Positions 52,255 through 64,000 of a DNA stretch of 64,000 nt are shown piece by piece. The notes below the pieces were generated by a model that saw only the letters and a list, made by a program, of their open reading frames with translations, did not search any database and was not told the DNA's origin. The stretch lies in NCBI RefSeq assembly GCF_964204865.1, contig NC_135250.1:12214001-12278000 (forward strand), written 5' to 3'. The first letter of the stretch is position 1, and every line of letters begins with the position of its first letter. Source of the DNA: Styela clava (lineage: Eukaryota). Made by a program: the position numbers and the translations under genes.

Positions 52255-55200
52255 GACCTGCCATTGGAAGTGTGGTTCAATTTCCAGATATTTTTTGTGA
52301 TAACTCATGCCTGCAACGTGAATTATCTTTCTTTTCATCTTTATCTTAGTTTTGTATGTTAACCTTTCACTTGTTAGAAGAGACGAAACTATGACAAACA
52401 AAAAGCAAGCACACCTCGTTGTGCGATGAGGTATAACATGTTTATTTAATGTTTATTAGTAAGATAACACAAAGAGATACGACACATACTAAAACAGGTT
52501 TGTCAACAAATATCAAAAAATCTCCATTCAAATAAGAATGAGGATTGATACTGGATTCTGGGAGGAATAGGCTCTTCTTGAAGCTTTAATTTGATTTACA
52601 ACCAGCTTGGTCAAAACACACATTCTGGTGGTAGTCGACCAAAATATTGGAAAGTATTCTTACACAATCATTTTGAGGTGACATGAAATATTAAATAATA
52701 CATAATAAAAACAAATACAAACGAACAATATTTTGAGGTAGTACGAAAACCACATTTATACACATTCAGTTTTCATCATTACTGACACAATCAAGTATGA
52801 TGGTCATTGAGTAGATTACAACAACTTAAGATCGGATATAGATGTGGCATTTTTCGATACATGCCTACCACATACTAAGTAAGTACACACTGTATTATTG
52901 TTTCCAATATAATCAAAACTTGAAAATAGAAGCTTTTGAAAAAATAATAACAGACAACCTGCTTCAACTGGGAATAAAATAGAAAAGGTTAAATTTTGAC
53001 ACAATAGACATCAGATGAATATAAGAGGTTGTTAAAAATATTCATCTAATTTAAATAATTTTCTCATGGGCAAATAAACCTACCGGAATCAAATGAATCT
53101 ACCTATTATGCACTTTAAAGCATTATGCTGATCCTTATTTGTAGATACTTAAATTTTGAGGTAATTTATATACGAATTTCTATGTCACTTGGGTAGCGCA
53201 ATATTATCACATGTAGAATGGTGGAAAACTTCTAAATAATTAGACTGAGAGATAGGCATATGAGTTCACCTTAGTAATAAATATTCACCTAACTGCATTT
53301 TTTCAACAGTGTTCCAATAATAAAGTCTCATTAAGGTATGTAAACTTGAGCATTGACTCATTCATTAGCAAAGCGAGCTCATTTGGAATATAGGGAATTA
53401 ATTATTAATTCGAACATTTCCGAACGAACAAATAACTTCCCACTCAACCATGAAAGTTCTTTGAAATGGAAAAATGAGGCAACTATTAAAAATATGTGTC
53501 AAAATTGAGGGTAAGAAAATTTATATAAAAACATTAAATCCCTGGACAAAACAATTGAGGTAAGGTTATAATGGACAACAACAGAAAAATATGTCACATT
53601 CAGCAATAAAACAAAACAAATTCGAGTCTTCATCAATTGATTACACTGTAACATATTTGAAAATGTCAAACAGTAAACAAGGAAAAAACACACATGTTCG
53701 TCTTTCAGGTGGTTAAAAGAAAAAAAGAGGAAGTGTTAGAAAAATTAAACATAAGATATATAACAAAAACAAATACGGTACTTGGAATTAACGATGACAA
53801 ACAAAAAATTGTAATCATTTTTAAATATTTGCCATGTCAGTCATATTGGCCCTCATTAGAAGTTAAATAATAGTTCAAGTCCAATTTCGGAAATGACACA
53901 ATTCTCAATTATAAATATTCGTAGTATTTTTATGCTGTTCTATAAAAGCGTCTTACATCTGTATATACTAAAAAAATTGATGAAATTTTAAGTCTATGAA
54001 TGCATGGAGGTAGGTTTTACAGATACTTTTATTTTCCCTCTTCAATTTGAAATGAATTTTCAGCGCCCGTGGTCGGCCACCTTGCAAATTGATGTTCTTC
54101 TGTTAAAACCAAATGTTCATGGGCACAATCTATACGCACAAAAGTATGCAAGTGCAAATGTCCTGCGTCATTTTCACCCGTTTTCCATTCAGATATGGAT
54201 GTACGTGCTACCAATGAACATAACATATTAATACGATGTTGTTCAAGTAATTAGCTTAGTCAGGTGGTTGCAAAGTGTTACATTGATAAAAATATGTTTT
54301 GATAAAAATCTAGTATAGCATGTTGGTATAGAGGTAGCACAATATCGTTTTTATATATTAGCTGGTGTCTGCTGCACTTGAAAATTAATAAAATTGCAGA
54401 GGTTATGGGTGCAAATACTGAGATATATTTAAATAAGCCCATTCTGATGTGGAAACTAATAACAGCTCTTTAAGAATAAAATTGATAATGAATGAAACTA
54501 AAAGCGTGTGTCTGTAATGTCTATCTGCTTGGTTTATCTACGGTCTAAATAAATCTAAATCTAAAGCTCAATAAAATTATTGTCTACAGCAAAATTATCA
54601 AAAAGTCTTAAGGATTAGGTGATCAAAAGATTTTAACATGACATGCAAACACAGACAAATCTATCCCAAAACAAATTTTGAAGCAGATTCATCATATGTT
54701 CGAGAAAAAACAAATACACCTATTTACAAATATACAAAATACAGCTGCACAAAAGTACAACCGGTCCCTGAGATACTATATGGTAGCAATGACCACACCG
54801 CAGGGGCACGATTAAATATAAAAAATAATAATAACCAAAGAAACCAGCAAAATACCTGTGTCAGTATGTGTGACTGTTGCCAGACTGCTTGATCTGAACA
54901 TATTCAGCATGAAAGCTAGTAACCACCATAGATAATCATGTGTGATCCATCTCATAGGACAATTACAAAATTGATTGAATTAATTTTCAAAATTATTACT
55001 TAAAAACATTCTCATTTGAAAAATGAACTTATTTCTCCATTGGTGATATCAATAAGTTTGGGATCATTTAATTATTTTACTCAATTCTTTGACCAAATAA
55101 TAGCTACGCCTATGAGTATAAGGTACTGAATGTAAAAATAAGTACAGAGTAATTTTAGTAATTTTCTAAAAAACACTAGATAAAGTGGACAGTTAATATT

Positions 55201-56706
55201 TTCAACTGAAAATATCAAATAATTTAGTAACGCACAATTTGTATTTTCACCCTTAAGCACCCAAAATTAGTCTCTTTGTATTATGTATCGGGATTTAAAT
55301 TAAAATTAATAATTTTTTTTGATGCTGAATAAATTATCCATTTATGCATCTATGGTAGAGGAAAAGATTAAAAATACAGCTATTTATCAAACAAGAACTT
55401 GTGCATGGAACATTCTGAAACAATAAAGTAGACATTCAGATATTAATTAAAAAGGAACTCACGAAGTGGAACATTTAGAAACATGGAAAGGCAAAGCACC
55501 AAAATTTAGAAAATCTACAGCGCTACAAAGTCAAGATTAAAATAGCACTAAGACAATAACAATTTTGACAGCTCAGAGGGTATGGCACCAAAGATATGCA
55601 GTGGGTACAAGAAGTACAATTCTAAGATTTGAAAATTGAATAGCGATCTGATCTAAAAGTTAGCAGTGGTTTGTTTATTAGTGAAAGTTCGCACCAGGTT
55701 GGATGATATAGGATTCAAGAATTATAATTATTATCCATGCTGCCACTGAATTGTACAATTCAGCACTTCAAAATTGCCAGGATTCTAACTCAAATGTGTA
55801 GAAGCAGCGTAAATTTTTTATCGAATAAATCAAGGATAAATAGCTAGGATAACATTGTTGGGTCAGTTTAGACATAACGGTACCTAAAAAGAGGAGCGAG
55901 CATGTGGTTCTAAAGCCTCAAAAGTAATAAAAGTAAATCGACACAAAGTAGTACAAAAAATCCAGAAATTTAACTCGATTCTGTTATACATACACACGCA
56001 TCAAAATAGATAATTGATGGCATTGTCATGACTGGTAGAAACATACGAAAATTTAAAAATGTAACACAAGCACTGACGGATAACAAAGAGCACACAAAAA
56101 AACTGAAAAAACAGAAATTGTTCGTGCAGCGGCACATTGATTTAAAAGAAAAGGTATGAGGTAGGGGTTTTTAAGACAATAAAAAGTAAGAAAAAAAATT
56201 GCGAATTCCCAGGGGGGGGAGGGAGTACTACCAAACAAGAGAGAGCACAATATTTAATAAGTGTAGTTGCTGTGCTCAGGAGTCAGGACGCACATTGAAA
56301 GCAATGCTGTAAAATACAACTTGTGGATTGAAGGCTTTTTACTGATGGAAAGTTAATACTTTCGTAGTTATCTACGATATGATTGAGTAGGGAAGCATAC
56401 TCTATTAAGTTGTCGTACCATCCTTTTCCTTTTACGAGTAGCAAAAAGTTCATGAGGTAGAAAAAGCAACAACCAACAAGCTGTTTAAAATGAGGTAGAT
56501 AGAAGAAACAACATCTTTAGGTTGGAGATCCAATAAATCTTGAGAGTAATACCGGTTAAAATATTCTGTATTGATGAGGTAATCCTGAATATTTCATTTT
56601 GTACTGCTTTGAATCAAACACATAATAGGAATTCCACTATATATTTGCTTCAAACTTTTTTAGCCGTAAGGAGATGGTTACTGCATCATTCAAAAATGTC
56701 TCACAT

Positions 56707-59700
56707 TTAAGGCCCAGGTATGTTTTCTGTTTGTGATTTGCATGGAGTCGGTGCTGAATTAGAGATTGACAATGTTTGCAAATCACCGCCTGAAAGAAAA
56801 GAAAATGCTTCAAGAAAGGTAGAAGCTGGACAACATGAAATCAATGATTCAAAATATTCATACAGTATTTTCCAGCTGATGAGCAGAATTTTGGGACCCA
56901 ATTATGTCAACCAGATTTTCTGGGGTTGTCTCATTTGCCGTCTCTGCTCATTTTTTTTCTAAATTTCTGGACCCTTTTTTTGGCCTTATTTTCTAGGGCT
57001 GGCCTTTTGGGTGGCTGGGCCCATTTTTTTCCCCGAGTTTTCTGAATTTCTGGACCCAATTCTCGGCTTATTTATTTTTTCTGTGGTTTTCTGAATTTTT
57101 GGACCCAATTTTTTGGCCTCATTTTCTGGGGATGGCTTATTGGGCAACTCAACCTATTTTTTTCTGGGGTTATTATTAGCTTTGAACCAAAACATACATT
57201 GGTGCTCAACTGAAAGAAAAAGCATCAAAATTTCTACCTATGATCATAGTGCGGTGGGATGAAAATACCCTCATATAGTGTTGGTCAGATTATTAGCCGG
57301 GATATACAATAAGGTAACTACGACTAATTTTGATGAATGAAAATTCCAAGTTGTTTTATTTTCTATTTGATCAAATCTCACAGGTTCCTAGTGTCTAATA
57401 TGAAGTAAAAGTAAGCAGCTCTTCATAAAATTTAATTTCCACCATTTTCCATACAAACTAGCAGTGAAAAGCTGTTACTTGTTTTCAGTAAATTAGCCTT
57501 AGTCATTTTACTTAGTGTGGCAAATTTATTTTTATCCCTTACCATGCTCTGAACTTCCTGAGGTAGTTGATGTTGTTTTACTTTTATGATCTGGTATCGG
57601 GTGGGATAGAACAAGTGGTTGATTGCATGAATAATCCTAAAAAATCAGAAAAGGTATATACTTATCACATAAGATCTAAGCCACGGGTCGGCAACCTTTA
57701 GCATTGAAAGAACCATTTGGTGTCCTTTCCGTCAAACTCAAACCAACTTGGAGCCGCAACCTCTTATCGAATGTCAGTGGCTATTAAAACTCCCGGGAAA
57801 GCACTATTGATGCAATGTTCTAGTTCTTACTTAGAGGAAGCCAAATAAATTATGAATGATGCAATAATTCAATTTACGACAAACTGTAAAGAAAAAGTTC
57901 GTTTTGACAGATTCTGATCACCTTAATGTGACCTATATTTACCCCTCTCAACTTACACCTGCTGTGATGTGTAATTGGTGAGTAATAATTGACTTTATGC
58001 CCCAGACTTTATCCCCACTGCTTCTAACAAAAAACTGCTGTAGCCAATTTGATTCACAGGAGCGAGAGCTCCGAGAACAAGACCCGCAGGTTGCCCATCG
58101 CTGATCCAAGCCATACTTCAATTTTTATTATTATTCAAAAGTATGTCGATCCCTTGCTAGCCATCAGTACATTTAGAATAAGGGTTCTCAGCCAGGATCA
58201 AATTTAACCTGCCTTAGGGAGAAATTTTAAAAACCCCACTCTCACAAATAGGCTATCCTTTCTTAACATGGTTTCAATACATTTCTTTATTTTAAATGAC
58301 ATTTTTATTTGATATTATATTCACATTGACATGTCTTTCAAGATACAATCAAATACTAACCTGAATCACATTATTTTGTGGAACGGCCATTGCTTTACCA
58401 TTCTGAGATGATGGAAGTAATGAACCAAAATTTAAGGTTTTAAATCCATTTTTTGATCTGTGAGCAGTTCTTCCATTTTGAACTGTTGAGCTATTAAACA
58501 CACAGAGAATAGGAAGAATTAAACAAAATTGCACAAAAAGAATGCAGGGTTTTTCAAAGTCCACTAGTTACTACCATGATACATCATCCCAAAACAGAAC
58601 TCAGAACTATGACATAACGCTTTCGGAATTTGATTTGTAAATATACTGATTCAATTTGAAAATTAATACTAGACATTGAAATCTAGAAAATTATGAGTTG
58701 AAAACGAAAGATTTTATTTTGTAAGCATTAGAAAATTATAAAATAAAAATAAAATAAGATGGTTCGGGGCTGGAGCCACTAAAGTTTCTGGTATTTTTGC
58801 CGCAATCTAATATGGTAAAGTTTGCCTGGCTCCAACTTCAACAACCTTGTGTGCATAACGTCAAATTTTTTTCTTGTTGTCAGAATCACAATTTATATAA
58901 CATTGCTGACATAGCCAATAATTTTTAAACATCATTATTCAGCAGCAAATACTATCTCTAATTCAATTACTTTACTTTATTTATTACTTTCGTGTGGCAC
59001 GATGGCATGTCAGTTAAAGCAATAGACTTAACTGTTTCGACATCTCATATTACACGCATCAAGGTTAAATCACATGCCCCAGCCGCACCCAGAGGAATAA
59101 ATAAACCGAAAAGATATTGGTCCTTTCAAATTATAGTTACCCCTCGCATATCAGTGGCTGCCTGCCTGCATAGGCGTGAATAGGCATAGTTTGAAAAATA
59201 AATCGAACAATTGATGTTCAAAATTTTCTACCTTGTTTCATACTTCAATTTGTCAATCTCGTCAGGGTAAGAATTTCTCGTAGACGTAGTTGGTTTGTGA
59301 AAACCATTTTTCTAAAATTTATAAATATAAATTAAAATTTTTATGTGAATAAGAAAAAAGCGTGGTCTCCAGGCTTTTAATAACTATAATAGCTTCCTAT
59401 ATCACTGAGTAATCAGCTTAAATGAGGGTTTTTCATATTAGGCCCTTTGTCCCTTAGGATGGTGATAGAGCAATTTATTTTTGGGGGGAGGCAGACGAGC
59501 AGAAGCCTTCACTGGGTGCTATTCACCACGACTACATTTATTCAAAGTAAATTGACTGTTATTTGTTTAATTCTACGACCCCCAAAAAGCAGAACCCATA
59601 GTTTTCCAAATTACTTCTATGAATAGTATTTCTATTTGTGTATGTGTGTACCCAAAAGTTTCAGCAACATGGAACGCTTTACATAAAAGTTAGGTTTCTC

Positions 59701-62535
59701 TCTAAAAAAATGTTGAAATAGATTTTCAATTTGAATTTGAAAAAAATATCAGATTGCAAATATCAACAACATTCACAGATTTTTAGATAGTACCTTATTA
59801 GGATGCTGTTTGAATCCATTCTTCTTACATTTCCCATTTTTTTCATGACTGAATGAAATACTGTTACCGTTCGGCAACAATTTGCTTCTCTGTTCTTCAA
59901 GCAGTCCATTCTCATGTTTGTGAACACCACTAGATGAAATATATCAATTATATTCATCAAGTCATGGATATTATACGTGCTGGCAATAGGCCAATAACCA
60001 TGATGACAATTGGAAAACATTATTGATAATAACTTTTGTATGAATTGAAAATATTGGAATGTACATCAAAATCTATCAAGTTTTAATTAAAGTCTTGCAA
60101 CCTCCACAACAATATCTGGATCAGCGCTGAACAGGGTGCAAAACAACATATTCAATGCAACTGGTTGACAATCAATCATACCCAACTGCTACTGTTGGTT
60201 ATGTCGCTCGACCAGGGGTGTATATTAGATCGAATGAGAATGCGAAAATAAATTGTTGACGGAGAGCTAAATGCATCGACACGATTTTGAAGCATTTGGA
60301 TTTTTTGTATTTACTTAGAATTCTCCCTTGTTTTAGAAATAGAAAAGGATTCTTATTATGGATGAAATTTCTCCCATTTGCCGTCATGTATCTCTCATAT
60401 CGACCACCAATGGACACAATTTTTTTATTTGGAAAAAATAATAATAAGTAGACCATATTATGCACTATGTGCACTTGAGAATAATATATACCTATATCAA
60501 GGAATTAAGGAAGGAATAAGATAAGGAAGGAATTTCATGTCTATCCTGGGGAAGAGAAAAGCCAATAAGACAGGTTAATCATATGGCGAACCAAGGCTTT
60601 TCGTCCAGTCTCCAATCCAAGTCAGGTAAGGGGATAGTTATTAAGCAGTTACTTGTTCCAGATGCATGGGCATGATGATGGAAGAAGCCATAACGACAAG
60701 ACACCAGTGGTTGAGTGAACCACCCTACGAAGGCGATGAGTCCAGCAATCCTCTTGCGCATAATTATCCACAGGATTCAAACCTGTGAACCCGCACATAA
60801 TCAGTTGAATGACAGAAAGCGTATTCCGAAGCATGCTGACAACAACACTATACCAGACTATACTATTTCTTACTAATGGATTTAGGAGTAAATACGTGTC
60901 TTGCACTTGACTTAAATACAATAAATAGTTTACTTTTTAACAATATGTCCATTTTGCTTTGTGATAACTTTATCTGCTTTGCTTGAACCATTTACATGCT
61001 GAAGTTTTGATGCTTGGTCTTTACAGCCATGTTTAGCACAAAAGCTACATCTGAAAAAATTGAAATTAACTTTAATAAAATGTCCTGCAACCTATAGTGT
61101 TAGTTATTCAGATGCCACCTCACAAGAAATGAAAACTGCAGACGAATCCCTTTAATATTAAATTTCACATAATTATACCGCATTCATTTATTTGCATAGT
61201 GTTCGCTGCAGAATAATTATCGAATCGATTACATTTGCTTAATTTGCAGTGTGATTGTACGACTTAATTGAATTTAAATATTTTCATAATATTTTTCAAT
61301 ACTGCAGAAAACATCTATAATGTTGAGTCATTAGTATTTTGATATCACTATACACTGCCTGATAACCGAAAAACAATTTATAAACAAAAATGATAATATT
61401 GTCTTACAGAGTTACAAATTTCGCATTCAGGTCTAGTTAGGTACTTTTTATACAGCAAATACCCATCTTATCAGAGGCGATCTAAATACTGTATAATTTC
61501 ATTCTCGAAAAAAGAAGATGTTGTACTCGTTTTAACCAGTAGATTTATAGGTACTATCGTAATATGTGAACCAAGATGGCGGACACCAGAATGTAGTATG
61601 TGTGCCAGGTGAGGGTTAGGCCATAATTTCAGGTAAAAATACTAGGGAAGTTACTTGGCTAGTCGGCAAACTCGTAATAGAACTAAAATAAGAAAAATTG
61701 GAATAAAATTATGGCATAACCCTAACCTGGTACACATACTATGTTCCAGCGTCCGCCTTCTTGGTTCACATACTAAGGGAGTACCAATTCATATTCTAAT
61801 TTTCAATAAAAATAGCTGATCTCTGCTTTATGCAAAATCATATTTATCTTACTTGACTGGGAGGAAAAATTTCAGCAACAGGATGCATATCATGATACAC
61901 AATAACCCAATTCCAATTCCTATTCCAATTGGTCTTATGAGTGATTCGTCATTGTCTGTATTTTCTAAACAGTAAAAAGTGATTAGAACTTTTTACTGAA
62001 AGTCAAATTTTTCTAATAATTATGAACATAGATTAAATTTGAAAACTTATACTTGTGTGCATAACCCAGTTTGCCATTGTCTTTCATTTATCCTAAAAGA
62101 CTTTTGCTCTGAACAAGATTCTGTACAAACCACCACTGATATATGACGATATGTAAATGGCTACTATTTTCTGGAAGGACCGGTATCTTTCCGGTTTGAC
62201 ATCTCCTACCATGTTCATCACTGGGTGTGATGGGGGGGCAAAGGATTTGAACCCAAAATGTACCAACACAGGTAAGTCCAATGCTTACATGGACACCCAC
62301 TGCGCAGCTAAGCTCATCTATGGGTAAATAGTTATGAACGTTATAGATAAAGACAACATCTTACCATATTCAGGATTATCCTGTTCAAATACGCAACCGG
62401 TTTTTGTGACATCATAATCTTGAACCAGGATGCTATGCACAGCAGAAGATTGACCTCTTCCAGCAATATTAGTCGCAAAAACTTTAATTTTGTAGGCGTA
62501 GCCAGGTTTAAGACATTCCAGTAGAATATTAGAGT
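56707..62535 (-). CDS. Single-pass FN3 receptor, protogenin/IGDCC (DCC-family)-like; 3' part, continues beyond the window
   Basis: Phase-consistent exons: 62365-62535 (FN3 C-terminal half LKPGYAYKIKVFATNIAGRGQSS), 61853-61964 (TM IGIGIGIGLLCIMICILLL, resembling PRTG/IGDCC TM segments), 60934-61050, 59794-59929, 59232-59311, 58361-58490, 57543-57636, 56707-56789 (..ENIPGP*). The cytoplasmic tail of about 220 aa has no kinase or phosphatase domain. The family call rests on the FN3 and TM segments only. Confidence 0.8.
56885..57170. repeat. Degenerate minisatellite in the last intron of the FN3 receptor gene
   Basis: Four units containing aattt.tggaccc(aa)tt....ggcc.tatttt(ct.ggg). Confidence 0.75.
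57682..58103. mobile_element. hAT (Charlie-like) MITE
   Basis: Ends cacgggtcggcaacct / aggttgcccatcgctg; 8-bp TSD atctaagc / atccaagc (one mismatch). Confidence 0.75.
60530..60840 (-). mobile_element. Diverged copy of the tRNA-SINE family
   Basis: catatggcgaacca..., gcatgg..gaagcc.taac, gagtccagcaatcctct and ggattcaaacctg align to 50933-51264. Confidence 0.75.
61550..61786. mobile_element. Palindromic MITE family A, long form
   Basis: Aligns end to end with 34080-34318. Confidence 0.85.
62225..62320 (-). mobile_element. tRNA-like SINE head in an intron of the FN3 receptor gene
   Basis: The minus strand has an A-box-like tagctgcgcagtgg and a B box gggttcaaatcc. Confidence 0.5.
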
Positions 62536-63824
62536 CTGGAAAAAAGTAAAAAGTCTAAATAGTTACATGAAATTTCAGCTAAGACTAGTTTCTCAATATA
62601 CGTGGTCAGGGGCGCAGCCAGGATTTTTTCAAGGGGGGGTTACGGTGGAATAAAAACGCGTTTATAGGTCTTTAAAAAGATGTTCCGACGATGGCAAAAC
62701 AACATGTGCGTCGCTGTGTCTCATTAGCCTTTCTTTGCATGTCCTACTTTCAGCAATCGCCGACCATTCTCTTTGGTCAAAAAAAATCAATCAACTTTTC
62801 ATTTCAATGCGCCGTTAACTATATTACTGAAAGTGAATTCGTCGCAAATTCAAATTCCTGTGATATTTGCACATAACGCTTCTCTACTTTTAGCGGCGAT
62901 TTATCAACATATTATTACCAGTTTGTTAATAATGCATGCTATTACTTTTGGCAACAGGGTTAAATTGGTTTATCGTTGTTTCAAGCAAGAAAATAAGCAT
63001 TTGTTTTTTTCGCTTATTCAGCAATCGTAATTCAAATATTTCCCTATGCGAAAGAAAGTCTTCACTCCGCGGGGTGTCCTTGCGTTTTAGAGTTTCAAAG
63101 TGATGCCGATGATAGAGAAACACCGACACATGTGGCTATTTGTCGCCAGACCCTGCCCCCTTTGACATTCGTTTATTTTGTTTTGGCATGTCCCATTTCA
63201 ACCTTTTAGTAATCGCCGATTATTACCCCATTGTCAACAGTTAAATAAAATGCCATCGTCATGATTTTAATTGAAATACCGCAAAAAATGTAAAATAAGA
63301 ATAGAATGAAATATTAGCAATCATGAAACATCAAGAAATAGCATAAATTAATGATATTTGCCAAATGCCAATGGTTCATAAACTATTTTTGAGTGCGTCA
63401 CGAAATATCAATCCATTTCCAAAATAAATATATTTGATGTTCCCGTATTTATAACTTCATAAAACGATTACAATCATTTAAAAACAAGCTCATGTATCGT
63501 ACTGATTGGGAATGTCTTTCAATGTAAAACTCTTGCTTGTTGCAATTAACTGTTAATAAATTCTAATTTTTATTGCAATGCATCGAGACCTATATTACTG
63601 AAAGTGAAATCGTCGCGAATTTGAAATCCCGCGCCCGTGATAGCTGCATTCTGCGCATAGCGCTTCTTCACTTTCAGCGATAATTTAACTATAATAATTT
63701 AATTATAATTTAATAACATATTGTTACCAGTTTATTGAAAAGATCTGGAAGACAACGCATGTAACTGCTTTTCGCAGACAGACGATTCCAAACGAGTCTT
63801 GGACGAGTTTGCTACCCATAAATC

Positions 63825-63950
63825 TCGAAGATTGAACATTATTCTTTAAAAAAAAATTTCCATAAGATTGAACATTATATTACGATACTTTTTACTCGAA
63901 GATTGAACATTATTTTGCAATGCTTTGTTTTCGAAGATTGAATATTATTT
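63825..63950. repeat. Short tandem repeat, ~35 bp period
   Basis: aagattgaa(c/t)atta occurs four times. Confidence 0.75.
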
Positions 63951-64000
63951 TATGACACCTTTTTTCGATGCTGCCACATTTGGCAATCCTTTGTTAATGA

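Noticed and set aside
62088-62318. Alternative terminal exon of the FN3 receptor (DELSCAVGVHVSIGLTC...)
   Set aside because: It is phase-compatible but overlaps a tRNA-SINE head with A/B boxes, and exon 62365 splices cleanly to the TM exon. Exonisation cannot be fully excluded.
1-64000. Operon of four co-oriented genes
   Set aside because: Intergenic distances are several kb and repeat-filled. Four genes on one strand is unremarkable by chance.

Overview
AT-rich animal genomic DNA with spliceosomal introns. It is probably an invertebrate chordate such as an ascidian, but that is inference only. The ORF track is mostly exon fragments or noise, so I rebuilt exon chains by hand using splice sites and reading-frame phase. 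Four protein-coding genes lie on the minus strand. (1) The 5' part of a secreted multi-CUB protein (37-9947, running off the left edge). (2) A mosaic serine protease: Cys-rich repeat pair, CUB, Pro/Thr mucin-like linker, three TIL domains and an intact trypsin domain (19984-~30105). (3) A ZDHHC14/18/9-type palmitoyltransferase (35739-~47458) with a U12-type AT-AC intron and a candidate alternative exon encoding an extra transmembrane helix. (4) The 3' end of a protogenin/IGDCC-like FN3-TM receptor (56707-62535, continuing right). Introns and intergenic DNA hold tRNA-derived SINEs and many hAT-, Tc1- and palindromic MITEs. The most unusual non-coding structure is a ~3.3 kb array of shuffled short modules (14860-18135). 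It is capped by a tRNA-like Pol III head pointing into it, and that strand has no T4 terminator for about 3.6 kb.
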